Origin: Halobacteriovoraceae bacterium
Lineage (GTDB): Bacteria > Bdellovibrionota > Bacteriovoracia > Bacteriovoracales > Bacteriovoracaceae
Assembly: GCA_963719505.1 (NCBI GenBank)
Contig: CAVRCF010000001.1
Location: forward strand, 832,001 to 896,000
DNA: 64,000 nucleotides
Direction of reading: 5' to 3'
Below, one piece after another: positions 19,178 through 29,396 of this stretch. Both the position numbers and the translations under genes were made by a program. The number at the start of each line of letters is the position of its first letter. The first letter of the stretch is position 1. The notes beneath the pieces are model-generated. The model did not search any database and was not told where the DNA came from. It saw only the letters and a list, made by a program, of their open reading frames with translations.

Positions 19178-20382
19178 AGAATGTCCTTCATGATACCTAA
19201 ACTCAGTACGAATGAGTCGGTGATATTGCTTTCACTTTCTATATTGGCTGCAAGATTTTGAGATGAAGGCTTAAGCCACTGTCTTTGGTAGTTGCCACCA
19301 AAAATCATCTCGCCTAAAAATGTTGTAAAATGCTTTTCAAGTCCCATAGCGACTGACGTTTGTGCAATAGAGAAGTCACCTGTAAAAACATCAGATTCGA
19401 CAATCGCCTTTGAAAAAATAGCGTGTCTCACTTGTAAAAAGCCTGTGTAGATACCTTCTCCCATTTGAAACTTCTGAGTTTTTACAATCGGTCCTAAGGA
19501 CAAAGAATTCATATTATAGCGACCGCCATTGGCAAAGTTGGCAAAGGTATTTTCGTAGTTTGTCGTGAGTCCCACTTTGATAGGAAAATCAAAGCTTCCA
19601 AAAACCTGTCCCTCGTAGCGAACAGTTTGGGCCGTTCCACTTTGCACTCGACTTATTTGATTAAGAAAGTCTGACTGGGTTATTCCTGCATGAAAATTAA
19701 ACTGGGCTTTAAGCTTTAGTTTTTGATCCACAAGATTGTAGTCCAATTTATTTTCTACAACTTGAAAGCGATGGGGTTCTTCGTAGAGGTTCGTGACTTC
19801 TTTTATATTATTGAGTTTTCCAGAGAGAACTTTATAAGTGGAGAAACCATTTTTATTAATAAGAAGTTTATAGCCTTCATAGTCACTTTTTCGATAGGCG
19901 CGCACGGTGAGAAGTTTTTGGTTGTAATAAACTTTTCCTGTTTGCAAATGAACAAGCTGAGTTCCTCGCCTGATGACACCGGTAAAGGTTCCACTGGTGA
20001 CGATGTCTTTGAGTTTTATTTTTAGCGCTTCTTTTTCAGCATAGGAGTAGTTTCGCGTGGACTTTCTATGAAGAAGTTTTTCTAGGACTTTATCTTTTTC
20101 CACTTCCGTTTCTCGAAGTTTGTCTACTACCGTAAATTCAATTTCAGGGTAATCGTCTTCATAAAGATCGGGATCAACTTCCTCAAAGCTTTCAGTATTT
20201 TCTTCGAGGTCTACCACCTCAAGTGGATCGAGATATTTTGTTTCATCAAATTCTAAGTCTTCAGAGGTTTCACTCGCCTCTATCTCAAGTTCTCCCATGA
20301 GCTCATCCATACTGGGCTCTTGGGCGACTGCGCATAAACACACACAGAAGAGAATAAGAATGGAGAACGTTTTTGATTTCAC
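19174..20382 (-). CDS. Secreted / outer-membrane hypothetical protein with acidic N-terminus and beta-rich C-terminus
   Basis: GTG 20382 overlaps the NUDIX stop; signal peptide; ATGA overlap with the next gene. Confidence 0.65.
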   Translation of the reverse strand: MKSKTFSILILFCVCLCAVAQEPSMDELMGELEIEASETSEDLEFDETKYLDPLEVVDLEENTESFEEVDPDLYEDDYPEIEFTVVDKLRETEVEKDKVLEKLLHRKSTRNYSYAEKEALKIKLKDIVTSGTFTGVIRRGTQLVHLQTGKVYYNQKLLTVRAYRKSDYEGYKLLINKNGFSTYKVLSGKLNNIKEVTNLYEEPHRFQVVENKLDYNLVDQKLKLKAQFNFHAGITQSDFLNQISRVQSGTAQTVRYEGQVFGSFDFPIKVGLTTNYENTFANFANGGRYNMNSLSLGPIVKTQKFQMGEGIYTGFLQVRHAIFSKAIVESDVFTGDFSIAQTSVAMGLEKHFTTFLGEMIFGGNYQRQWLKPSSQNLAANIESESNITDSFVLSLGIMKDIL

Positions 20383-20801
20383 TTCATCTCCACACAAGTG
20401 ATAAGGGCGTCTCTGTTGGAATCGTATTTTAAAAGAGTCGGATCGAGATAGGATTCAACCTGCCATTTAAACTCACTATGTTCAGTTTCATCGAGTTTTA
20501 CATCCCAAAAGCCTTCGCTTTGGATGAAAAAGACTTTCTCCGTGACGTAGTGTTCCCACTGATCAACGAAAGTGAATTGCATATTGGTTTCGGTGATACT
20601 TTTAATATTGTCTTTTAAAAGACCGGTCTCTTCCATGGCTTCACGCATGGCCCCCATTTTAAACGTTTCACCGTCCTCAACTGAGCCTGTGCAGTTTTGC
20701 CAAAAGAGTCCTCTTTTTTTATTTACACGTAACAATAAAAAGTGTTTTAAACCTTCTGCGTCACGATAAAAAATTACAGACTGAACTTTTCTTTTTTCCA
20801 T
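20379..20801 (-). CDS. NUDIX hydrolase (NudB-like)
   Basis: WQNCTGSVEDGETFKMGAMREAMEETG Nudix box; EHSEFKW. Confidence 0.88.
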   Translation of the reverse strand: MEKRKVQSVIFYRDAEGLKHFLLLRVNKKRGLFWQNCTGSVEDGETFKMGAMREAMEETGLLKDNIKSITETNMQFTFVDQWEHYVTEKVFFIQSEGFWDVKLDETEHSEFKWQVESYLDPTLLKYDSNRDALITCVEMK

Positions 20802-20863
20802 GACTTATATTATGCGGCATAAAATCAATTGCGACAAGCTCTCGGTTCTGGTAGATAAACTGC

Positions 20864-21538
20864 ATGAATCTACAGGCAATAATACTATCTCTGGCCCAGG
20901 CTCTTCCAGGATTTTTACTCGCGATTGTGGCCCATGAATGGGCACATGCCTATATGGCAAAACGCTTTGGTGACAACACGGCCGAAAGAGAAGGTCGTCT
21001 GACCTTAAACCCCGTCGTGCATATCGATGTCATGGGGACAATTGTCTTTCCCGTCATCCTTTTAATGATGGGCGGCATGGTCTTTGGTTGGGCGAAACCC
21101 GTTCCCATTGATACTAGAAATTTTAGAGACTATAGAAAAGGACTTTTTTGGGTAAGCTTTGCTGGAGCAATGATGAACTTCTTTTTAGGAACGATGTCAG
21201 GACTTCTTTTTGCTATTATCGCTACTAAAGTCCCAGATACATTCAGTTTTTACGGCGTTCTTTTAGAAATGCTTAAATACTCCATGATGATTAACTTTGT
21301 GCTGGGAGCTTTTAACTTGATTCCTATTCCGCCTTTGGATGGATCAAAGATGGTGATGTCTTTTTTAAAAGGCGAGACCGCCCGTAAGTACGAAAGTCTT
21401 GCGCAGTACACAAATATGATTTTTCTCGTAATTATAGCCCTAAGCTTTATGGGGATTTCCACCATCGGCTACGTGATAACCCCTGTAGTAATGATTGGTC
21501 AGAAATTAACCATGTACTTTTTGTATCTGCTAGGGTGA
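20864..21538 (+). CDS. Site-2 protease family (M50) membrane metalloprotease
   Basis: HEWAH, GRLTLNP, GWAKPVP, FNLIPIPPLDG. Confidence 0.92.
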   Translation: MNLQAIILSLAQALPGFLLAIVAHEWAHAYMAKRFGDNTAEREGRLTLNPVVHIDVMGTIVFPVILLMMGGMVFGWAKPVPIDTRNFRDYRKGLFWVSFAGAMMNFFLGTMSGLLFAIIATKVPDTFSFYGVLLEMLKYSMMINFVLGAFNLIPIPPLDGSKMVMSFLKGETARKYESLAQYTNMIFLVIIALSFMGISTIGYVITPVVMIGQKLTMYFLYLLG

Positions 21539-21598
21539 AATAAAATGACACACACAAAGCTTGGTCCTGAGAAAACCTGGCTTGAGAGAGAATAAGAC

Positions 21599-22453
21599 AT
21601 GATTGAACACAATATTCAGGTCAAACTAGATCATTTTGACGGACCACTTGGTTTGCTCCTTCATCTCGTCCAGCGCGAAGAGATGAGTATCAAAGATCTT
21701 GAGATCAATAGCATCACAAATCAGTACATCGATTATCTGCATAAAATGCAAGACCTCAATTTTGATGTGGCAGGTGAATACCTCTATATGGCCGCCTCTC
21801 TTCTTTATATTAAATCAAAAAATGTCACTGAAGATGAAGAACAGAAAATTCGCTTAAGTGGTGATGAAAATATTCAAATCACAACAAAGACTCAACTGAT
21901 TCAAAAACTTGAAGAGCTTCAAAAGTTTCAAATGCTTGGTGAAAGATTAATGACTCTTCCTATAAGAGATCAAGATATTTTTGTCAGACCCAAAATTGAT
22001 AGAAAAGCCATTCAAAACAGTATCTTGACGCCGATGAGTGCTGAAGCCCTAACGGAGAGTATGGTTGATTTGATCAGACGAGAGAAACGAAAATATACGG
22101 TTATTAAAAGAGACAAACTCTCTATCAAAGAGAAGCTTGTTCAACTTAAAAATGATTTGAAAGTTGGAACACAAACCACAATGGATAAACTTATTAAAAG
22201 TAAGGATAAAGATATTGGTGAAGTGGTGATAACTTTTATTTCTCTTTTAGAACTTGCGCGTTTAAATAAGCTAGACGTTTTTCAAAATGAAGTCATGGGA
22301 CAAATTTACGTTGATGTAAAAGAGGACCTCGACTCATTCGATGTAGAAACAGCAGATGGATTTGACCCTGAGGACGAGGGAGAATCGATTACCACTGATG
22401 ATTTAATTCAGGCACAAACACAAACAGACACAAACACACAGATTGAGGCATAG
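21599..22453 (+). CDS. scpA: Segregation/condensation protein A
   Basis: FDGPLGLLLHLV, GEYLYMAA..IKS, VITFISLLEL. Confidence 0.92.
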   Translation: MIEHNIQVKLDHFDGPLGLLLHLVQREEMSIKDLEINSITNQYIDYLHKMQDLNFDVAGEYLYMAASLLYIKSKNVTEDEEQKIRLSGDENIQITTKTQLIQKLEELQKFQMLGERLMTLPIRDQDIFVRPKIDRKAIQNSILTPMSAEALTESMVDLIRREKRKYTVIKRDKLSIKEKLVQLKNDLKVGTQTTMDKLIKSKDKDIGEVVITFISLLELARLNKLDVFQNEVMGQIYVDVKEDLDSFDVETADGFDPEDEGESITTDDLIQAQTQTDTNTQIEA

Positions 22454-22454
22454 T

Positions 22455-23939
22455 ATGAGCGTAATTGATTACAGTTGGGACTTTACCAAAGAAGACTTTT
22501 CATTAGATCTTGATTTCTTTAACGAAAAAGAACAAGAGGATAAATTGTGGCAAGCCAGAACTGGTTTAAACACAGAGACTCTTTGTGGTGCGATTGAGAC
22601 CATTATCTTTATGAGTGAAAGACCTATTACTCTTCAAAAAATTAAATCTCAAATTGACTCTGACCTCCCTTTGCGTGTTGTTCATGAATCAATAGCCAGA
22701 CTTCAAGAAGAATACGAGGCGAAACACCATGGAATCCGTTTGATGGAAGTGGCCGCTGGTTATCAATTTAGAACGAAAGCAACATACTCAAAAGTTATTC
22801 AAAATATGTTTAAGGTTTCATCTCTTCAATTAAGCCCGACGGCTTTAGAAGTCATGGCCATTATTGCTTATAAACAACCTATTTCGAAAACATCAGTGGA
22901 GTCGATCCGTGGTGTTGATTCCTCGCATATTGTTCGCCAACTTATGGACAAACGTTTGGTCAGAATTGTGGGAAGAAGTGAAGAGATGGGAAGACCATCA
23001 TTATTTGGAACGACTCAAGAATTCTTAGAGGTCTTTAATCTTAATGCGACAGAAGATCTTCCAAGTGAAAATGAACTTCAAGAGCTTGCAATGGCCACTG
23101 ATATTGGAGAGATTTCTGATATTAAATCCATCGTAAATTCTGGTGATAAGAAAATATTTAACTTTGATGAATTTGATGAACTTGAAACACTGACAAGTCA
23201 AATCAGAGAGATTGCTTCAGACACTATGTTTACGCAGTCACTTAGAGATATGGATAAGAAGCGAAAGTCAGCAGATGAAGGTGAGAGAAAATCAGCCTTT
23301 GATATCTTAGAGGATTTTGTTAATTCAAGCGAAACTGTCGATCAAAATAAATTATCAGCTCTTTCTGAAACATTGATGGCGATAATGGAACCAAAAAGTG
23401 TCAACGTTTTAAATACGGATAAAGTCTTTAATGCTCCTGAGATGGAAGAAGATGATGTTGTGGATTTTGCTATTGATCTTGAAATGGAAGATAGAGAGCT
23501 TCCTCCTGTGGACTTTTCGATGGCAGAGGATTTCGATGAAACTGAAATCAATGATGTTGAAATGAACCTTGAACAAGTTCTTGCAAAAAGTGAATCACTG
23601 GTTAATGAACTCTTTAATGAGGATTCAATAGACGCAGCGATGAGCTCTCAACCACAAGCCGCTCCCGTAGAGGATAAACTTGAGCAGATTGAAGCACCTC
23701 CAATAGAAGAGATTAAAGTTGAAAATAAAGAAGAAGTTCCAGCTGGAAGTCCAAAGGATTTAAATTTTGAAGCTGAAGAACTTGCTGATGCTCTTGACCT
23801 GGCTTTTGATAACCTCTTCGAAGGTGTTGCCGTTGAGACGGTAAAAGAGGCTAATACAGACTCTATAGATGAAGATGTTTTATTTGACTCTAAAGATCTT
23901 AAGAACTTAGAAGATCTTAAAGATAGCAATCTCGAGTAA
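22455..23939 (+). CDS. scpB: Segregation/condensation protein B with a long acidic C-terminal extension
   Basis: VAAGYQFRT, LSPTALEVMAIIAYKQP, IRGVDS, GRPSLFGTTQEFL; follows scpA. Confidence 0.9.
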   Translation: MSVIDYSWDFTKEDFSLDLDFFNEKEQEDKLWQARTGLNTETLCGAIETIIFMSERPITLQKIKSQIDSDLPLRVVHESIARLQEEYEAKHHGIRLMEVAAGYQFRTKATYSKVIQNMFKVSSLQLSPTALEVMAIIAYKQPISKTSVESIRGVDSSHIVRQLMDKRLVRIVGRSEEMGRPSLFGTTQEFLEVFNLNATEDLPSENELQELAMATDIGEISDIKSIVNSGDKKIFNFDEFDELETLTSQIREIASDTMFTQSLRDMDKKRKSADEGERKSAFDILEDFVNSSETVDQNKLSALSETLMAIMEPKSVNVLNTDKVFNAPEMEEDDVVDFAIDLEMEDRELPPVDFSMAEDFDETEINDVEMNLEQVLAKSESLVNELFNEDSIDAAMSSQPQAAPVEDKLEQIEAPPIEEIKVENKEEVPAGSPKDLNFEAEELADALDLAFDNLFEGVAVETVKEANTDSIDEDVLFDSKDLKNLEDLKDSNLE

Positions 23940-24041
23940 TATCTAAATTATTTTTAAAAGACTTGCTAATTTAGGGCCACAGCGTTAAGTTGCACGCTCT
24001 AAATCATTATTAACTGCCGGGATGGCAGATAGGAGTCTCAC

Positions 24042-25055
24042 ATGAGTAAAAATCACAAAAAAGAAACTAAGTTGATCCGCCTGCAAAAGTATATTGCAGA
24101 TTGTGGAGTGACGTCTCGAAGAAAAGCCGAAGAACTTATCGTCGAAGGTCTTGTTAAGGTTAACGGTCGAAAAATTACCGAGCTTGGTAGTAAAGTTGAT
24201 CCCTTAGAAGATTCAGTCATGGTTCGAGGTGAAATAATTGATGTGCTAAGTATTGACCATGTTTATCTCGTTTTAAATAAGCCCAGAGGTTATATGACAA
24301 CTCTCTCTGACCCTGAGGGAAGAAAGACTGTTATGGATCTTATTAGAGCTGTTAGCCAAAGAGTTTACCCTGTTGGACGTCTCGACTATCTTTCAGAAGG
24401 GCTTCTTATCATGACAAATGATGGTGAGCTTTCAAACATGATCATGCATCCAAAGTATGAAGTTGTTAAAACTTATGAAGTAAAAGTTTTTGGAAAAGTT
24501 AATGATAATGTTATCAAGAAACTTCGTGCCGGAATTACAGCTGATGATGGTGTTTTAAAGCCAAAGTCCGTGAGAATTATCGAGCAACTTCCTAATAAAA
24601 CATGGCTTGAGTTTAAATTATCAGAAGGAAAAAACAGAGAGATTAGAAGAATCTGTGAAGCCGCTGGGGTGACCATTGATAAGTTAAAAAGAGTGGCCAT
24701 TGGAAACCTTGCCATTGATAAAATTAAACCAGGTGATTGGGGATTTATTTCAAAACCAGAAATGTTAAGACTTATAGGTTTTAATAAGGATGGGACGATA
24801 AATTCTCAAGCTGAAGAGTACGTAAGCATGAAGAAAACCATTGCGGTTAAAAAGGCTTCCAAGTATCAAAAAGAAGCTAAGGTTGCTGATAGCCGTGATT
24901 TTGGAAAGTACAATAAAGAAAATTATCTAACGACGATAAAGCTTCAAAAAGAAATTGCTGAAAAAGCTAAAGAGCAAAAGAAGAAAGATGATGAAGGAAG
25001 TGTGAAGGTTGTTCACTCTTTTGAAAAAGGAAAAAAGTCAAAAGCGAGAAGATAA
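24042..25055 (+). CDS. rluB: rRNA pseudouridine synthase (RsuA/RluB family)
   Basis: S4 domain RLQKYIA..SRRKAEE, NKPRG, VGRLDYLSEGLL, EGKNREIRR; scpAB context. Confidence 0.85.
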   Translation: MSKNHKKETKLIRLQKYIADCGVTSRRKAEELIVEGLVKVNGRKITELGSKVDPLEDSVMVRGEIIDVLSIDHVYLVLNKPRGYMTTLSDPEGRKTVMDLIRAVSQRVYPVGRLDYLSEGLLIMTNDGELSNMIMHPKYEVVKTYEVKVFGKVNDNVIKKLRAGITADDGVLKPKSVRIIEQLPNKTWLEFKLSEGKNREIRRICEAAGVTIDKLKRVAIGNLAIDKIKPGDWGFISKPEMLRLIGFNKDGTINSQAEEYVSMKKTIAVKKASKYQKEAKVADSRDFGKYNKENYLTTIKLQKEIAEKAKEQKKKDDEGSVKVVHSFEKGKKSKARR

Positions 25056-25058
25056 GAA

Positions 25059-25089
25059 ATAAAAAACTCACCTTAGGGTGAGTTTTTTT
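25059..25089. terminator. Bidirectional terminator
   Basis: AAAAAACTCACC/GGTGAGTTTTTT between convergent genes. Confidence 0.85.
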
Positions 25090-25110
25090 ATGTCAAAATG
25101 TAAAATAAGT

Positions 25111-25428
25111 TTAGTTGTCGTGGCGAAGAAATGCCGAACCTTGAAGATGATCTGAAACCATATCCATACAAAATTCTAAGGCTTGATCTCCATAGGGGAT
25201 GTCAGCGTTCTCACTCCATTGAGTTGAAAAATTAGCTTGTTTAATAACAGCTGCTACCAACTTCATCAGGTCTGCACTTCCATCAAAGTAGTCACACTCA
25301 TCATCTGTTGTTAAAACATGATTGAGCATCGAGCTAATACTTTTAACTAATCTAATTTGCTGGGGGTTTAACTCTGTAGTATCAAAGTTTATCGTGAGTG
25401 ATTTTTGTTCTAGTTTTGATGCGGCCAT
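25111..25428 (-). CDS. Hypothetical protein
   Basis: ATG 25428 with GGAGA RBS and a strong sigma28-like promoter. Confidence 0.7.
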   Translation of the reverse strand: MAASKLEQKSLTINFDTTELNPQQIRLVKSISSMLNHVLTTDDECDYFDGSADLMKLVAAVIKQANFSTQWSENADIPYGDQALEFCMDMVSDHLQGSAFLRHDN

Positions 25429-25463
25429 GTGCAGATCTCCGGTTAGTATCAATTACTTAGTCT

Positions 25464-25490
25464 TTATCGACGATCAGAAAGATTTGTTTA
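25464..25490 (-). promoter_or_regulatory. sigma28 promoter TAAA-N15-GTCGATAA
   Basis: One mismatch to the FliA consensus TAAA-N15-GCCGATAA. Confidence 0.7.
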
Positions 25491-25592
25491 GAGATTTGTA
25501 ATAGAGTATTTCACTTTTTTTAAGTGAATTAACCTTAAAGGGGACTAGACATATTAATTTTAATGGTTTATAACCTTTAAACAATACTTTGA

Positions 25593-25688
<96 letters not shown>

Positions 25689-25695
25689 AGTATAT

Positions 25696-25721
25696 AGCCA
25701 CTCAAGAAGAGTGGCTTTTTT
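25696..25721 (+). terminator. tRNA terminator supplied by the element
   Basis: AGCCACTC/GAGTGGCT stem followed by T-tract. Confidence 0.8.
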
Positions 25722-25768
25722 ATTTGAATTTAAAACTTCGACTACATTTCGACCACACTAAAATTTAT

Positions 25769-26923
25769 TTACTCACAAAGCTTCAAGATTGTAGCTTCAT
25801 TTTCTTCACTTTTAGACGAAATAGAGAACAGTTTAGAGACCTCTTTAATTTTGCTTCCAACCACATGAACATAGTTCATTGTGGTTTTGATATCCTCATG
25901 GCCCGCAATGGACTGAACGGTCTTTATATCCACTCCAGCGGCAATCATTTGAGTGATGGCCGTATGTCTTAGATCATGAAAGCGAATTCTAGCTCCTCCC
26001 CATATTTTTAGATCCTTACTAAAGAATCTTGAAATAAAATTATCGTGATCAACTGGTTTTCTTTTTTGATTAAGAAAGAGCGTCTCTTCAGGATTAATCT
26101 TATTTTCTTTTATGAGGGTAGTAAGTTCAAAGAATAGTTCTTGATTACAGGGAACTCGTCTTGAGAGCTTACCGGATTTAGAGTTTCTCTTTCCCTTTAA
26201 AAGATCAAAGTCTTGAGTCAATTTATTAAACTGTCGCCTAATAAAAAGAGTGTCTTCTTCGATATCAATTGATCTTAGGCCCCAGACTTCTCCAGCTCTT
26301 AAGCCAGTATTTAAAGCTAACAGGTAAACGATATATATCCATCTCTTATCGGAATTATAATATCTACTCTTAGCAAACTTTAAAAAATTAGAAGCTTCTT
26401 CTTGATTCCAAAAACTCATCTCTGCTGACTTTGGATTCATCTTTTTATATCCAACTGAAGGATTGTAAGGAATTCTTCTATGCCTTAAAGAGTGGTTTAG
26501 AGTTGAGAGAATAACTTCAACCTTTCTATTAACAGTTGCGTTAGCTTGTCTTTTAAGCTTTAGCTCTTTTTGGTATTGAGTGAGCCTTGCCGCAGTTAAT
26601 TTGTCTAAAGTTAGTGCTCCAAATAGCGGTAGGATTTCTTTCATTATCCCTTCACACCTTTTTATATGAGATGCACTAAATCGATGTTTTGAGCTTTCAA
26701 ACCAAAACTTAAGTTCATCTTTAAAATAAACTTCCTCGAGAAGATTTAATGATAAACCTTGAGACTTGTAATTTTCGGATTCGCTTAGGTAATTTTTCAA
26801 GAAGGCTTGAGCATCAATTTTTCTTTTAAATCGTCTTCTAATTCTTTTAGAACCTCTACCATTTGAGTAGATGTCTACTTCGTAAATGGTTTGATCTTGT
26901 AATTGTACTTTTCTAATGGACAT
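25769..26923 (-). CDS. Tyrosine recombinase / integrase
   Basis: Intact catalytic set: GLRAGE, FHDLRHT, AGHED, TMNY; adjacent to the att site. Confidence 0.95.
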   Translation of the reverse strand: MSIRKVQLQDQTIYEVDIYSNGRGSKRIRRRFKRKIDAQAFLKNYLSESENYKSQGLSLNLLEEVYFKDELKFWFESSKHRFSASHIKRCEGIMKEILPLFGALTLDKLTAARLTQYQKELKLKRQANATVNRKVEVILSTLNHSLRHRRIPYNPSVGYKKMNPKSAEMSFWNQEEASNFLKFAKSRYYNSDKRWIYIVYLLALNTGLRAGEVWGLRSIDIEEDTLFIRRQFNKLTQDFDLLKGKRNSKSGKLSRRVPCNQELFFELTTLIKENKINPEETLFLNQKRKPVDHDNFISRFFSKDLKIWGGARIRFHDLRHTAITQMIAAGVDIKTVQSIAGHEDIKTTMNYVHVVGSKIKEVSKLFSISSKSEENEATILKLCE

Positions 26924-27251
26924 TATTTAACTCCTTGTTTTGAGAATTAATCCATCTTTGAAGCACTGTTTTTCGAATGTATAGCAATCTGTTTATTTTA
27001 AGGAATAGATCACTTGGTATGTTTCTCGTCTTGGCCCTGTAGTTCCAGTCATAGATTGTTTTAATAGACACATCTAAATAACTAGCAAGCATATTAGGCT
27101 TTATAATTTCTGGTAAATTGTCAAAGAGCACTTCTGATCCTACTCGATCATTGCCACTATAACTTGAATTTAATAAAAGGGAATTCCTATTTACATTTTT
27201 ACTCAATTCAAAATCCTTTTCTTTAATCATTAAAATCCATCTTCTCATCAC
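26913..27251 (-). CDS. Excisionase-like winged-HTH protein
   Basis: LASYLDVSIKTIYDW...LFLKINRLLYIRKTVLQRWI resembles the HTH_17/Xis pattern; overlaps the int start; true start uncertain. Confidence 0.7.
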   Translation of the reverse strand: MMRRWILMIKEKDFELSKNVNRNSLLLNSSYSGNDRVGSEVLFDNLPEIIKPNMLASYLDVSIKTIYDWNYRAKTRNIPSDLFLKINRLLYIRKTVLQRWINSQNKELNNVH

Positions 27252-27816
27252 AAATAAATCTATCTACTTCATAAATACCTCCATTTCTTATAAGCCTTAG
27301 ACGACTTAATTATCATCTTCACAGAGCACAAAAGTGACTCCACATACTAAAACAACGTTGTGGGTGGGGAGTCACTTTTATGCGTCGTGAAAAACTGAAT
27401 GAAATTAAAGAGTTGTAAGCCACTTTGAAAATGGAGTTCACCAAATCTACCTCAAGTCACCATCAAGTCTACCGCTAGGTGACACCCCATTTACGTCTAG
27501 TTAACTCTTAGTTTCACTGAAAGCTTTACTTACTTTCGTGGATTAATAGTCAAGAATGGTGCCAATATAGAGTCGATTGGAGCGATCATAGTTTCAGATA
27601 CTTGAGTAGGGATAGAGCTTAGGTAGTTATACTTTTCATAATTTTGAGTTATAAAAAGTATAAGTTTTGGAGTTGTAAGAAGGGGACTTCTAGCAATATG
27701 ATTTTGTAGTCAGTCTTTGATTGTTATTTATTTTTATTTCAGTTTTTATTTCAGTTTTTATTCTTTTTACTCGGACTTAGCGAGTCCGAATCAGAAGTTT
27801 CAGCTATAAAAATATC

Positions 27817-29112
27817 TTAATAAACTTCTGCGGTATAATTTCCATCAGAGTTGTACTCATCGAAGTCATCTTGTGCTAGATGATTACCTTTAAAAGCTTT
27901 AATTAATACTTCTTTAATTTTAGATTTTTCAATTAGAGATCCAAACATTGCAGTATCATACAAAGGGCCATGACTATTTTGATTCATCTTAACGACATAT
28001 GATCTAACACCTTTCGACTTATAAACATTATTAATAAATAATAAATCATCAAAATATCCGTCGAAGTAACCTTGAAAGAAATACACTGGACTTTTTAACT
28101 CTAAATTCCCTATATTGAGTGTTTTATTGAATGCCGTAGAATTTATAGAACAGTCAAAGTCCTCATAATCATATATACATCCAAATTCGTCGTTACTTGT
28201 TATAAGTTCGGTTGTCCAACTAGGCTCCCAGACATAGTTGATCGCACCTTCAAAAACATGCTTGCCTCTTGCCGAATAAATTTTTTCAAAATTATAATAT
28301 GCATCCTCATATAGAGAGCCTTCGTCGAAGTCTAAATATAGATTTTCAATAGAAGCTTTAATTTTATCCAACGTGAATGGTACTTTGAGTTGTTTTTTCA
28401 CTGCATCATGAATAATCGCAAGCCCTTTATATCCAAAGTTATTTGTAAAAGCGTAAATCAATTCCTCATACTTTTCAAAGAGATCTTCTGGTAAGCTGTA
28501 ATCCTTAAATATAGACTCATCCCATGACTTTAATGCAGGATTTTTCGAAAATGAATCCACCTTGCTTTGTTCAAAGAAGTGTATTCCCGCGGGCCCATCA
28601 ATAACTGTAGATGTAGTATTCTTAGCGAACATCTCTGAATATTTCAAACTTATGGGGGTCCCAAATGAACTACCGTAAACACTCCAAGTAGAAATCTGGA
28701 TAGCATTGCGAATTTCATTCATATCTCGTGCTGTATTTTCTAAGCTGTAAAAGGATAGACTACTTTGATCCTTAAAAGAGTTTGGCCGAGAGCAGACATA
28801 CCCTCTTTGATCAAAAAAAACTATATTATAGTCCTTATTAATCTCATCTAGAAGTGAGTGATAATAATGGCTAGTTCCTCCTGGTCCACCATCAACTCTA
28901 ATAATTGTTGGCTTTAGAGGATCGTATTTTTTTCCTAAAAACCAATAGTATAACCCAAAGGTTCCTTTATTAGGTGAGGCGTAACTGACTGGAACTTGAA
29001 TCCATTCTCCACCTTCAATAGGTGCGATATCTTTGCAGTAATCAGTACCACTCTGATAATTATCATTAGCAAATATGGTCAAGCTAAACATCAATATAAA
29101 ATACTTAATCAT
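27817..29112 (-). CDS. Secreted alpha/beta hydrolase (prolyl aminopeptidase-like)
   Basis: GGPGG, FDQRG, GSSFG nucleophile elbow. ATG 29112 with AGAGGA RBS and signal peptide is preferred over the ORF-track start. Confidence 0.82.
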   Translation of the reverse strand: MIKYFILMFSLTIFANDNYQSGTDYCKDIAPIEGGEWIQVPVSYASPNKGTFGLYYWFLGKKYDPLKPTIIRVDGGPGGTSHYYHSLLDEINKDYNIVFFDQRGYVCSRPNSFKDQSSLSFYSLENTARDMNEIRNAIQISTWSVYGSSFGTPISLKYSEMFAKNTTSTVIDGPAGIHFFEQSKVDSFSKNPALKSWDESIFKDYSLPEDLFEKYEELIYAFTNNFGYKGLAIIHDAVKKQLKVPFTLDKIKASIENLYLDFDEGSLYEDAYYNFEKIYSARGKHVFEGAINYVWEPSWTTELITSNDEFGCIYDYEDFDCSINSTAFNKTLNIGNLELKSPVYFFQGYFDGYFDDLLFINNVYKSKGVRSYVVKMNQNSHGPLYDTAMFGSLIEKSKIKEVLIKAFKGNHLAQDDFDEYNSDGNYTAEVY

Positions 29113-29396
29113 TTCTGAAATTCCTCTTTTAATAATTGTCTTACAACACTTTTCTTGAAGCTTGATAGAAAATGACAAAATTTGAAAATAATTCAAAAGA
29201 ATCTGAATCAGCAAGTTGAAAATATATGAATTGTAGCTCTCTTTTCTCTGTAGAGTAAGAATAACAATCTCAAAAGTAATTCTCTGTGATGGTGTATGGG
29301 GCATTCTTTTAATATCTACTATCAGGTAAGTTTCAATCAGGCTCAACTCTTAGCAGCAGCTTTATCTCACGATTAAGAGATCTTTAAGACTATCTA

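Noticed and set aside
29113-29346. N-terminal 78-aa extension of the alpha/beta hydrolase
   Set aside because: ATG 29112 has an RBS and is followed by a signal peptide; the upstream open frame is likely incidental.
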